A stretch of DNA of 64,000 bases from assembly GCA_902560445.1 (NCBI GenBank), contig CACELO010000002.1, forward strand, positions 66,468 to 130,467. The letters are read 5' to 3'. The stretch comes from an uncultured Candidatus Poseidoniales archaeon (lineage in GTDB: Archaea; Thermoplasmatota; Poseidoniia; Poseidoniales; Thalassarchaeaceae). Shown here one piece after another: positions 32,820 through 42,509 of this stretch (positions are counted from its first letter, which is position 1; each line of letters starts with the position of its first letter). The notes under the pieces are model-generated. The model had not been told where the DNA came from. It made no database searches and was given only the letters and a program-made list of their open reading frames with translations. The translations under genes and the position numbers were made by a program.

Positions 32820-33569
32820 GTGAGCTTCTCAGGCACCGTGGACAGAGAGTCGCATGAAGGGGGCCTCCTCGTTTCCTTTGAGGGACGTGCGCCGAGACTT
32901 GGGGCTACTTTACGAATAATCGGTGGAAAGCCGATTGGTAAGGTTAATTCAGTAATTGGAGCGATTGATGGGGCGTTTGTTCACATTCATCCAATTACAG
33001 ATCAAATAGAAGTCACAAGCACAATCGGCTCTCCGGTTGAAATCGCTCCAAGAGAGAAAAAAGAGTATCGTGGTCGTGGAAGAGATAGTTACTCGAAAAG
33101 AAATTCTCGCCGTGATAGGCGACATGGTGGGAATAATGACAGAAAAGGCGGAGATTGGACTTGTCCAAAGTGTAACAATTCTAATTTTGCCTTTCGAAAG
33201 AAGTGTAATCGCTGTGAAGCAGATAGGCCTCGAGATGGAGGAAGGAAATTCGAAAGAAAATTTGAACGAGGTGGTAACAATAAGCAAAAAGGAGGTGATT
33301 GGACTTGCCCTAAGTGCAACAACTCTAACTTCGCCTTCAGAGATAAATGCAATCGCTGTGATGCTAGTCGACCTAGCTCAGGTGGCAAGGCCCCCTCGAG
33401 AAGTAGATCCAACCAAAACCGAGGTCCTAGGCCTCAACGAGGCCCATCTGGACGAGGGCGAGGGCGAGCCCCGGGGAGCGCAAGTAAACCACGAAGATCT
33501 GGATTCAGAGGAACTGGCCGAGGTGGTCCTAGAGGTAATCGACCAGGAAGAGGTAGCGGTAGGCGCTGA
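32820..33569 (+). CDS. gar1: H/ACA RNP protein Gar1 fused to two RanBP2-type zinc fingers and an Arg/Gly-rich (RGG) tail
   Basis: The Gar1-like core 'GLLVSFEGRAPRLGATLRIIGGKPIGKVNSVIGAIDGAFVHIHP' has the same pattern as archaeal Gar1. Two copies of 'W-T-C-P-K-C-N-N-S-N-F-A-F-R-x-K-C-N-R-C' fit W-x-C-x2-C-x3-N-x6-C-x2-C exactly. The start is placed at GTG 32820, just after the upstream stop. Confidence 0.7.
   Translation: MSFSGTVDRESHEGGLLVSFEGRAPRLGATLRIIGGKPIGKVNSVIGAIDGAFVHIHPITDQIEVTSTIGSPVEIAPREKKEYRGRGRDSYSKRNSRRDRRHGGNNDRKGGDWTCPKCNNSNFAFRKKCNRCEADRPRDGGRKFERKFERGGNNKQKGGDWTCPKCNNSNFAFRDKCNRCDASRPSSGGKAPSRSRSNQNRGPRPQRGPSGRGRGRAPGSASKPRRSGFRGTGRGGPRGNRPGRGSGRR
33156..33359 (+). repeat. 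tandem duplication encoding the two RanBP2-type zinc fingers
   Basis: 33156-33215 and 33300-33359 encode near-identical 20-aa Cys4 units with flanking GGxxK(G)GDW context. Confidence 0.8.
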
Positions 33570-33616
33570 GTTTGGGTCACCCCAGCATTCATTTTGTCTA
33601 ATCCCGAGCAAGACCT

Positions 33617-34645
33617 ATGGCGAACAAGGCGGATATGCTCTGGGAAGATGTTCTCGATCTTGAAGAGGCTGGTGAGAGGCTGGAAGCCCTCGATCTATGT
33701 CGCCAAATCACCCGCATGGAGCCAGACCATGCCGCCGCTTGGAAAATGACCGCAAGGATGACTCTTCCAGCAGCAAGGAGAGGTGTGCAAGATATGCCTA
33801 CTCTACGACAAGCGGCTAGTGCTTATTCCGCATTACAAAATGTCGTGAGATTGGAACCAGAGGATACAGAATCATGGGCATTGGGAGGAATTCTTCTCGT
33901 TGACCACCTGGGTATGCTAGAAGAAGCACTTGAGTGGTGGCAGCAAAGAAGGCAAGTCAACCCCGAAGATGTGATGCCACTAATCGAACAAATTGCCATT
34001 CTTGTACGGCTTGGGATGTATTCTGAAGCTAGCGAGTTGTTGGAAATCATGTTCGACTCGGAAATGGAACAACCAGACCGTAAGCAACTAATCAATATGG
34101 ATCGAGTTAGACAGATGGTTGACAAGGCGGCCAAAATGGAGAAAGAGGAAATATTCAGACCACAAAATCCCAAACATCCTCGATGGGAGATAATCGGTCG
34201 AATGAAAACTCGTAAACCGCTCTCTGAAACCTTCTTCCTGTTCACTTTTGTTGCTCCAATTGTATTCATTATTGGCAGTATAGCTATGAGTGCACTTGGA
34301 GGTAGTCAATATGGCTTCATTTTAGTATTTTTGATTATTCTAGCGCTATTTATGGTGGTAAGTCGAGCCGGTGCTGGATTATTACAAAAACTCAATCGGC
34401 ACGCACTTGACTTAGAAAGAGCGATTGATATTGAAGCTACTTCAGGAAAGGTGTGTGTACCTGCCGAAATTCGCGGTAGTAAACTCTACAATTATATGAT
34501 TGGAAAACGAACTGAAGCCTTCCAAGACCGCCATAGTAAAATTATTGATTCAGACGAAATTATTGATAAAAAGTGGAAACCAGAAATACTCGGTTTTTCA
34601 AACATGGAAAGTAGGTGGGGAGAGGCTGAGGAATCCGAGGATTAA
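33617..34645 (+). CDS. TPR-like N-terminal domain protein with two central TM segments; unknown function
   Basis: 342-aa ORF with a helical-repeat N-terminus and the hydrophobic stretch 'FFLFTFVAPIVFIIGSIAMSALGGSQYGFILVFLIILALFMVV'. Confidence 0.55.
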   Translation: MANKADMLWEDVLDLEEAGERLEALDLCRQITRMEPDHAAAWKMTARMTLPAARRGVQDMPTLRQAASAYSALQNVVRLEPEDTESWALGGILLVDHLGMLEEALEWWQQRRQVNPEDVMPLIEQIAILVRLGMYSEASELLEIMFDSEMEQPDRKQLINMDRVRQMVDKAAKMEKEEIFRPQNPKHPRWEIIGRMKTRKPLSETFFLFTFVAPIVFIIGSIAMSALGGSQYGFILVFLIILALFMVVSRAGAGLLQKLNRHALDLERAIDIEATSGKVCVPAEIRGSKLYNYMIGKRTEAFQDRHSKIIDSDEIIDKKWKPEILGFSNMESRWGEAEESED

Positions 34646-34659
34646 CTCAGAATTATTTC

Positions 34660-35925
34660 TCATGTCCCTGCAGAATAATCTTCTAGATAGGCTAATTGCT
34701 CATCGGTCAAACTATCGATACTAATTCCTTCTGATGTGAGTTTTAGCCTTGCCAATTCACTATCTTGTTCGGCACTAATATCGTAGACGATATTGTCGTA
34801 TCCTTCACCCTCAGTCGCTAACCGACAAAGCGCTAGGAATTGATTGGCGAATGACATATCCATTACTTCGCTTGGATGGCCTTCTGCTGCGGCTAGATTC
34901 ACCAGTCTTCCACGAGCAAGCAAATGTATAGTACGGCCATCTTTGAGTTGGAAAGCTTCGTTATTCTCTCTGATAGTGTAAATTTTCTTGGCTCTATCTT
35001 CAAGATGTGAGAGATTGATTTCACAATCGTAATGCCCTGTATTACAAACGATTACTCCTTCTTTCATAATGTCGAAGTGACGTCCTGTGATTACATCCTT
35101 CATTCCAGTTGCTGTGCAGAATATTTCGCCAATCTTTGCAGCATCATCCATCTGCATCACACGGTATCCATCCATGACTGCTTTCAGAGCAGCGATTGGA
35201 TCGACTTCCGTGACGATTACATTGGCACCCATACCACGTGCACGATTGGCTAATCCCTTGCCACAATGTCCGTATCCAGCAACTACAAAGGTTTTCCCTG
35301 CTAGCAATACACTAGTCGCTTGGATGATTCCGTCAAGGGTTGATTGGCCTGTCCCATGTACATTGTCGAAGTCCCACTTGGTAGATGCGTCATTGACTGC
35401 AATTACTGGATAGAGGAGTTCTCCTGCCTCACCCATCGCTCTGAGTCTGTGAACTCCCGTGGTTGTTTCTTCGGTACCTCCGATTACGTCTTCTGCTAGC
35501 TCTGGAAATTTGCTATGGACACGATAAATTAGGTCTGCGCCATCGTCTAAAGTAAGTGTTGGATTTATTTCCAGAGTACGATCTATTGATTGGTAGAACT
35601 CGTCGGTGTTTTGACCATACCAAGCATGTATATCATAACCTTCAGATGCAAGCCAAGCCGCTACATCGTCTTGAGTAGATAGCGGATTACAACCGGACCA
35701 AGAGACCTTGCCGCCAGCGGCCTCAATGGTCTCAATTAGAACAGCGGTTTCTTTAGTAACATGTAAGCAACCAGCAATTCTTTGACCGGCTAAAGGCAGT
35801 TCTTTCTCAGCCTTTTCGCGCAATGCTGCTAGAGCCGGCATTCTGCTTCGGGCCCAGTTTACCTTTAGGCCACCTGCCTTTGATAGAGAGAGATCTGCCA
35901 CAGTGTATGTGTCACCCGTGTCCAT
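34660..35925 (-). CDS. ahcY: adenosylhomocysteinase
   Basis: 'DDGADL', 'GTEETTTGV', 'AVNDASTKWDFDNVHGTGQS', 'GYGHCGKG', 'CNTGHYDCEI': full-length AhcY pattern. Confidence 0.95.
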   Translation of the reverse strand: MDTGDTYTVADLSLSKAGGLKVNWARSRMPALAALREKAEKELPLAGQRIAGCLHVTKETAVLIETIEAAGGKVSWSGCNPLSTQDDVAAWLASEGYDIHAWYGQNTDEFYQSIDRTLEINPTLTLDDGADLIYRVHSKFPELAEDVIGGTEETTTGVHRLRAMGEAGELLYPVIAVNDASTKWDFDNVHGTGQSTLDGIIQATSVLLAGKTFVVAGYGHCGKGLANRARGMGANVIVTEVDPIAALKAVMDGYRVMQMDDAAKIGEIFCTATGMKDVITGRHFDIMKEGVIVCNTGHYDCEINLSHLEDRAKKIYTIRENNEAFQLKDGRTIHLLARGRLVNLAAAEGHPSEVMDMSFANQFLALCRLATEGEGYDNIVYDISAEQDSELARLKLTSEGISIDSLTDEQLAYLEDYSAGT

Positions 35926-35990
35926 GGCCTACGGCGGCCACCAACAGGCCTTCAAGGTGCGTTTTGAGCATCCCCCTTTCGAGGGTTTAC

Positions 35991-38900
35991 TCAATTGCCG
36001 TCCCCTTGGCCTTGCTGGGCGTAATATGCTGCGTAATATTGCTCGGCATATTGCCTCGCGGTAGCTTCGTCATAGCCTTGTCCGACCATCTGTTGTACGT
36101 ATGCTTCGACGGGGTCCATTTGCTCCACACCACCAAACTGTTCAACAGTGTCTTGGCCATCATCCGATTTACCTCTCGATCTAACAACGACTAGAGTTAC
36201 ACCAACAATTGCTAGAACCAAAATAACTCCGATAGCAGCGAACATGATGACGTCGGTGCTACCACTTTCTGACTCACAACCATCGCTTGATGGATTCAGA
36301 GCACAAGGGTCGCTTGGTCGAGGAAGTAAGTCAATTGTAAACTGGTCATCCAAGGTGTACCTGCTTCCATCTCCCTCAACAATTCTCCAGTATATTGTGA
36401 CCTGTTTCCCAGTAGTCTCCAAGTAAAGGTCTGCAATGTTGAGAGTGATTGTGAAGGAGTCACCATCTCCAAGTGGGGCTGGACCTGTAGAATTGTATTT
36501 TCCTAGTGCCTTCTGAGTAGCCTTTGGAGAGGGTGTCAAATCCAAATGGGCAGAATCTAAAGCCACCTCAATTATGACACCGTTTTCGGCACCTGATTCC
36601 ACAATACCATTGATTGTGACCAAATCTTGGCTCTGAGAATCAGTAGAACGTGGTGAAGTAATATCCACAACTGGCGGTTCGTCTCCGAAGTCCTCTCCAA
36701 CTACAATGAAGTAGATTCGTGCCTTTTCTGATTGCTTTCCAGCACGATCGTATACAATCAATTCTAGCCTAATCTGGTTCTCAAGCGTTCCATCGCTAGT
36801 CATGTTACGGAATACATAATTCCACGTGTCACCACCTGCTGCGTTAGGTACCTGGAAGGTATGGCCTTCTAGAGTTGGACTCGAGGAATCTACAGGATAA
36901 TCAAAGAATACACGATATTCAAACATCTCAATTCCTCTCTCACCCTCAGGTGCGTCGTCGTCAGAGCTTGCTGAAGAATCGAAGGAAAGACTGATATCAC
37001 CACTGTCGGTCAATCTAACTCGATATATTGGCCAATCTATGCCCCCAACGGTTTTGCTCCCTTCAAGACTTACGTACTCATCTGTAACGCTGTCCTCAAT
37101 CATTTGTAGATCTGCATTAGGTCGGAATTCATCCGCTAATGTATCATCTGTTACTAGATTGATGTAAGTGATTCTTGTGTGACCCTCATCATCATGTAAA
37201 TACAGAGTCAGATGCCATTCTGCACCGATTCTACATCCAGTTGTGGAACTCGAATCGCCAACGCAGAAGCTACCAAGAGCTGGTATGCTCGCACTGTTTT
37301 GACGAATGTGGCTAGTTTCACCGAAATCGATAATTTCTCCTTCCCACCCTGTAACCGACTCATTCATGTCTATAGATTGTAATGTCCAATCGGCAATAAT
37401 ACCGTCAGCCAAGGATGAATCCGACGTCAAGAAAGAGAAATCCAGTTCAGAGTTCGACTTGATGTACATGGTTGAGTAGGCGCCTGTTACCGTGTCAATC
37501 GAAGGGGCTTCTCCATTCACAGTCAAGTCAAATCCATCACCTGCAATTCCGAAGTTACTTGGGTATGGAGTTACTTGATAGCCAAGCATATTGGATAACA
37601 GTGGCATAGATGTTCCATTAAATGGTTGAGAGAAGCTTGGATTCTCAACGTCAAGGGTAGTAACAATCATTCCACCTGCTCCGCGATTACATATCGAAAG
37701 TAACGACTGTGAGTCAAACGATTCACTTCGCATTAGAGTATGGAAGGTTCCGGTTGGATCACTAATTCGACCACCACATACTTGTGGAATTTGGTCGAAT
37801 TGTACCTGTGCTGTATCGAGACCTGCTAATGCGACGTAGGACCCACCGTGAACGCCGGCAAAGGCTGCAGTATCGACGTTATTCATCAGTGGGTGGTATG
37901 CATCGACAATAACTAGGTCATCATTTGTGACTGTGTTATTCCATTGGTTTCGCATAGCGATATCCATTCCGAAAGGTAGCCTATTTGGCTGATATTCGTT
38001 ACGATATGGCCCAAGGTGAATCTGAACAGTTCCACCGTTAACCATGTATGCCTCAAGGACTTCTGTAACCGAGAGACCGTCTGATTCCCTAGTAGATGCT
38101 AGTGTCTCGTAATATTGTCCATACTCGACATTGTAATCGGTCTGCCATGGTAGCAAGATCTTGTCATAATGGGACATCCAGTTCTCAGTTGCGTATCGAT
38201 CCCAATCATTTACTGACAACTGAGTATATGTCATTCCCATCGACTCTAGGTCTTGCTTAACTCTCTGCAAACGATTCTGATCTGTAGGGTTGGATAGAAT
38301 TGCGACATCGACAGTTTCAAAGAATTCTATTTCAAAGAATCGATCGTTTCCTGATGGTTCTCCGTCTTCAGTCAATATAGCATAGAAGCTGATGTTGTAT
38401 TGATGACCATCATACCAGCCGTTGTAAGGTGCGGTCCAATTAGCGAAGTCTCGAGCATGAGCTTCAAGATCAAACGGCCCATTATCTGCCGGCTGTTCGT
38501 AAACAGTTTGGCCTGTTGTCATGTCTACAATCTTCATATTCACTTCATACTCGCCTGCGATTACACCATTCAGAAGAGGAACAGTGAATGAGTGCTGAGA
38601 GACTGAATCATATGTGTAGACGCACTTGTATGTGATATCAGAGACACAATCAAGTACATTTGGTTGCATCAAAGTTATGTCTGCGCTTGCGATACTGAAG
38701 ATAATTTGGGTGTGATTATTTGCGGTGGTAATCTCGGTTTTATTATACCATGATGTATCTTCAATTGTACTATTGAATAGAGTTGTTGCATCAATTCGGT
38801 AAATTCCCGATTTGAAGTCGTGCGTTGCCACCGTAACGTCTTCGCGCTCCGATGCATCAAGTCCATTGATGTCGTTGATGTAAGTTCCATCATCCTCGAA

Positions 38901-41900
38901 AGTGAATTCATCGATACGAATATTATCGACTGCAAATCCGGCAAGACCAGCATTTCCATTGACCCCATCATCATTTGATTGGAATCTCCATGTTAAAGTG
39001 ACTTCCGAGCCAGAAAGATCTGTGCACTCCGTCCTCCACTCGAAGGTATCGTTAGAGGTCTGGTTTAGCAGAGTTATGTGAGTCATATCAATGATTACTG
39101 ATTTAACTAGACTCTCGGAATCAAACCAAACTACAGACTCGTATCGGTCGGAATGGTCTCCCATGTATTCGACCTCATCATATCGACCATTGTTGTCGAA
39201 ATCTTCACAGGCACCTAGACCACTACCATCTTGGAAAGGTCTCAGTCCATTTTCGTTAAGATCAGTCCAGCTTCCCCAAACGGTTCCACTGAAGATTTCT
39301 CCACCCTTAGACCACTCAATTTCTAGGCCAGCAGCATCACGTATTGCCAGAATGTTCCCTTGCTGATCTGAGAGGAAATCACCTTCCGCAAAGTAGTCAA
39401 ATGTCAGGTAAGTGAAGTCGGTTCCACCGGAAGCAACCGGGAAAGGATCTAGGGTTAAAGTCTCATCCCAGTTGTCACCATAACCTGTATCTGGGTCTCC
39501 TAACCAATATGCAAAGGAATTGAACACGCCTCTGCTTTGTGGTAGCATTGGATGGTCACCATTGGTGTCATCTAATCGACTTCCATTCATATTTCCATCA
39601 TCTTCCCAAATTGGTTCGAATCCTGAGAAATCCTCTATTGCGATTAGATCAGGCAGAGCGTTCTTGACTTTAGTTTCCAATTGGAAGTCTGTTAGTGTGT
39701 TTCCAAAGTTTTGAACTCGAATTTCTATGTCGCGATCGCCAGATGCATATCTCAATCCATTCTCAAGACTAATCCATGGCTCCTCTGCAACACCTGGGTC
39801 GAATAGGTTCTTGACAGTAATCTGGAATTTGACTTCGTCATTTGTTGCATCAGCATTATCGAATCCACTAGGATTGGTTAATTCTGTCTTGATATAATAT
39901 GTTCGATTATCGACGAAATCAGCATTAAGAGTGACCTCCTCGGTAGCACCAGCTGCAAAATCTGTGAATGACAGAGTTTGACTTACGACTTCTTCGGTAC
40001 CGAATATAATGTCGGTTTTGCGAATAGAGATGTTGTCAAAGGCATACCCATCTAATCCAGTGTCCTGAGAGGAACCGTCTGGGCCAACACTTCCCATCAA
40101 TCCGCTGCGGAAGCGGAAGCGGATATCAACAACCTCCCCGGCGTAGGGCGTAAGATCGATTGCATCATCACCGGAAAAACTCGTCCAAGTGGTAACCGTA
40201 TTAGTGTTGAAGTTTCCATTGTAGGTGTTGTATTCGGGATCTTGGCCGAATCCATAGAGACGCAGATATCTTTCATTATCCCAGCCACCAGTAAAGAATA
40301 CCTGTTCCCATCCATTTCCATCGCTCCAAACCTCAATACCACAGGAGTCCTCATACAACCATCGCTCTACTACGGCGTATTGCTCAGCGAGATACAACTC
40401 ATAGAATGCGGCGCTGCAGAAAAGATCCAAATCCAGATATGCTGCATCTGCACCTGTTAAGTCAACATTCTCGATTATGAACGCCTCGTCCATGTTGTTG
40501 TAGTAACCTGAATCGTTATCCTGGTTATTGTGATCCATTCCGGCCCACATATATGTAGTTGGGTTTCTGTCAGCTTCCCACCAGTCATCGGTGGCTGAAC
40601 CATTAGAATCTGTAGAGGCATTCCATTCCTCGTGCCATGAGGATGAACCTTCGCTATATTCTCCTGTGTAAGATTTTAGGGTAATTGCACAAGCAGGACA
40701 ATTGGTATTATCGATATTACCCTCAAAGTCGTTGGAATAAACAAGAGTATCAATTCCGTCAAGAACTTCCTTGACTTCTAAATCGACATCTATTGAGCCA
40801 GAAATAGGGTTAAGACCTGTGTTTTTTACTGTTAAGTTAACAAAACGATTGCCCTCACCAATCATGGCTGCTCCAGTCGCCGGATCGTAGGCCGCCGGTG
40901 CAATACTTACCTCGGTAATTCCAACATCCTCATTATCGAGACTGAGGACTGAAAGGAAATCACCTGCTCCAGCCCAACCTTGAGTATCAAGCCACATAGC
41001 GCTGTTTGCGAATCTGTATGATCTGTCTCGCTGTCCGATGGCTATCTCGTATGCACTATTTTCTCCGCCAGCTAACTGACCCGGGACTGCCATAGTTGGT
41101 CGCCGACCAACGTCAAAGGAAAGCGATGAAAGATATCCATTTCCGTTTGGATTACCAAGAATGATTTCTACAGTATTGATTTCCCTCAGATTATCCACAA
41201 GCAAGTATGTCTGGTTCTGCGCAGTGGAGTCCTGCAAGCGAGTTAGAGTAACCTCCGTTGGAACAAAGAAATCCATGTGTCCATCTCGATTTACATCAGC
41301 AATGGTAAGCGAGGCACCTAGGTAATCGCCTAGGGGCACGTAATTTTGAGTATTCCATGTCGAACCAGATCGAGTTGCATAGGATATATATCCTGTAATT
41401 CCATCAACAGCGGCGATTAAGTCAACCTCACCGTCATCATTGGTATCGGAAATATCGATTCCGTACAAAGGATAGTTATGTTCTGCGTCAAGCTTGAAAT
41501 TGTGTACACCATTTGCTGTTGCATCCAATGGGTTTGGATAAGCTCCTAGAGTGCAGTCGTATTCAAGCACAGTCATATTGTCATAGTGACCATTCGAGTA
41601 TCCAACACCAGTGTTGTACGGAGGTGAACGCAGCAACCAAATATCCAGATCTTCACAATCTCCAACACCGCCACCAGGAAGGCCACCACCGCCAAGGACA
41701 TCTTCTCCCCAATGTCCTAGCATTAGGTTCGTGTGTAATCCATTAGTTAGTGGCACTGGAATGGTTTGTTGAGCCGTTAATTGAGTTGGGTCAGGACCCT
41801 TGTATATGTTGATGTAATTATTTGTGAAAGTAGGGTCAACCACACTCATCACAATATCTGCATCTCCGTCGCCATCAATATCCTCTACATCCATATCCTG

Positions 41901-42476
41901 AAGATACGGGTTGCTAACTGTGATTGCCTCAGAAGGATTCCAATTATTGATTCTCTCGCTACAATCTCCCCAAAGTACAGTTAGATTTCCGGGGACCATG
42001 GGCCCTCCTACGAATCGGATGTTTTGTTGGTAGTATACAACATCGTTAACGCCGTCGCCGTCTACATCGGCGACATAGACTCTGGTTCCGTCGGCTGTAT
42101 CCCTGAATCCAGCGCGGAAAGAATCGTTGTTTGATATGAATACGTCCTGCCTGTCTCCAAATCCTCCATTACCGTCATTGTAAAGTGCAGTGATGAAGTG
42201 ACCCATTGAACTGGCCGATACTATATCGTTATCGTCATCGCAGTCAATATCTCCTATAGAAATGAAAGAGGGATCTCTTTGTACTGCATAGTCGGTAATG
42301 TGGGACGCTGATACAGATGGAACCAATGATAACATTGGCGAACTTAACATCAGCATAACCAAGAAAATCGCTATTCGACCTCCTTTGGATTCGTTTCGGG
42401 TGTTCTTAGACAGGGACATCATGACTTCGCCGAATTTCATTTCATTATTATGCCTAATGGGGAGTTGTTTTTCCAA
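35991..42476 (-). CDS. giant (about 2150 aa) acidic surface protein: signal peptide, FG-GAP/VCBS-type beta-propeller repeats, multiple beta-sandwich domains, C-terminal TM anchor and short Q/Y-rich cytoplasmic tail
   Basis: A single uninterrupted ORF. The repeats 'DIDCDDDNDIV', 'DVDGDGVNDVV', 'DIDGDGDADIV', 'DTNDDGEVDLIA' and 'DVNRDGHMDFF' are FG-GAP Ca-binding-like loops. The TM is 'IMFAAIGVILVLAIVGVTLVVV'. The likely start is ATG 42422/42419, before the signal peptide. Confidence 0.85.
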   Translation of the reverse strand: MEKQLPIRHNNEMKFGEVMMSLSKNTRNESKGGRIAIFLVMLMLSSPMLSLVPSVSASHITDYAVQRDPSFISIGDIDCDDDNDIVSASSMGHFITALYNDGNGGFGDRQDVFISNNDSFRAGFRDTADGTRVYVADVDGDGVNDVVYYQQNIRFVGGPMVPGNLTVLWGDCSERINNWNPSEAITVSNPYLQDMDVEDIDGDGDADIVMSVVDPTFTNNYINIYKGPDPTQLTAQQTIPVPLTNGLHTNLMLGHWGEDVLGGGGLPGGGVGDCEDLDIWLLRSPPYNTGVGYSNGHYDNMTVLEYDCTLGAYPNPLDATANGVHNFKLDAEHNYPLYGIDISDTNDDGEVDLIAAVDGITGYISYATRSGSTWNTQNYVPLGDYLGASLTIADVNRDGHMDFFVPTEVTLTRLQDSTAQNQTYLLVDNLREINTVEIILGNPNGNGYLSSLSFDVGRRPTMAVPGQLAGGENSAYEIAIGQRDRSYRFANSAMWLDTQGWAGAGDFLSVLSLDNEDVGITEVSIAPAAYDPATGAAMIGEGNRFVNLTVKNTGLNPISGSIDVDLEVKEVLDGIDTLVYSNDFEGNIDNTNCPACAITLKSYTGEYSEGSSSWHEEWNASTDSNGSATDDWWEADRNPTTYMWAGMDHNNQDNDSGYYNNMDEAFIIENVDLTGADAAYLDLDLFCSAAFYELYLAEQYAVVERWLYEDSCGIEVWSDGNGWEQVFFTGGWDNERYLRLYGFGQDPEYNTYNGNFNTNTVTTWTSFSGDDAIDLTPYAGEVVDIRFRFRSGLMGSVGPDGSSQDTGLDGYAFDNISIRKTDIIFGTEEVVSQTLSFTDFAAGATEEVTLNADFVDNRTYYIKTELTNPSGFDNADATNDEVKFQITVKNLFDPGVAEEPWISLENGLRYASGDRDIEIRVQNFGNTLTDFQLETKVKNALPDLIAIEDFSGFEPIWEDDGNMNGSRLDDTNGDHPMLPQSRGVFNSFAYWLGDPDTGYGDNWDETLTLDPFPVASGGTDFTYLTFDYFAEGDFLSDQQGNILAIRDAAGLEIEWSKGGEIFSGTVWGSWTDLNENGLRPFQDGSGLGACEDFDNNGRYDEVEYMGDHSDRYESVVWFDSESLVKSVIIDMTHITLLNQTSNDTFEWRTECTDLSGSEVTLTWRFQSNDDGVNGNAGLAGFAVDNIRIDEFTFEDDGTYINDINGLDASEREDVTVATHDFKSGIYRIDATTLFNSTIEDTSWYNKTEITTANNHTQIIFSIASADITLMQPNVLDCVSDITYKCVYTYDSVSQHSFTVPLLNGVIAGEYEVNMKIVDMTTGQTVYEQPADNGPFDLEAHARDFANWTAPYNGWYDGHQYNISFYAILTEDGEPSGNDRFFEIEFFETVDVAILSNPTDQNRLQRVKQDLESMGMTYTQLSVNDWDRYATENWMSHYDKILLPWQTDYNVEYGQYYETLASTRESDGLSVTEVLEAYMVNGGTVQIHLGPYRNEYQPNRLPFGMDIAMRNQWNNTVTNDDLVIVDAYHPLMNNVDTAAFAGVHGGSYVALAGLDTAQVQFDQIPQVCGGRISDPTGTFHTLMRSESFDSQSLLSICNRGAGGMIVTTLDVENPSFSQPFNGTSMPLLSNMLGYQVTPYPSNFGIAGDGFDLTVNGEAPSIDTVTGAYSTMYIKSNSELDFSFLTSDSSLADGIIADWTLQSIDMNESVTGWEGEIIDFGETSHIRQNSASIPALGSFCVGDSSSTTGCRIGAEWHLTLYLHDDEGHTRITYINLVTDDTLADEFRPNADLQMIEDSVTDEYVSLEGSKTVGGIDWPIYRVRLTDSGDISLSFDSSASSDDDAPEGERGIEMFEYRVFFDYPVDSSSPTLEGHTFQVPNAAGGDTWNYVFRNMTSDGTLENQIRLELIVYDRAGKQSEKARIYFIVVGEDFGDEPPVVDITSPRSTDSQSQDLVTINGIVESGAENGVIIEVALDSAHLDLTPSPKATQKALGKYNSTGPAPLGDGDSFTITLNIADLYLETTGKQVTIYWRIVEGDGSRYTLDDQFTIDLLPRPSDPCALNPSSDGCESESGSTDVIMFAAIGVILVLAIVGVTLVVVRSRGKSDDGQDTVEQFGGVEQMDPVEAYVQQMVGQGYDEATARQYAEQYYAAYYAQQGQGDGN

Positions 42477-42509
42477 CCCCTATGGGGTTGATGGGTTTAA
42501 TCAGTGCAA

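Noticed and set aside
32949-33663. Overlapping ORFs around the Gar1 gene (33037..33663+, 32949..33287-, 33089..33412-, 33378..33611-).
   Set aside because: Only the 32772/32820 frame yields recognisable domains (Gar1 core, two exact RanBP2 zinc fingers, RGG tail). The others are by-products of the repeat and the GC-rich RGG-coding region.
35823-36194. ORFs bridging the ahcY start and the 3' end of the giant gene (35823..36194+, 35987..36187-).
   Set aside because: They are antisense or alternative frames of well-supported genes (ahcY N-terminus, giant protein C-terminal tail) and have no independent signals.
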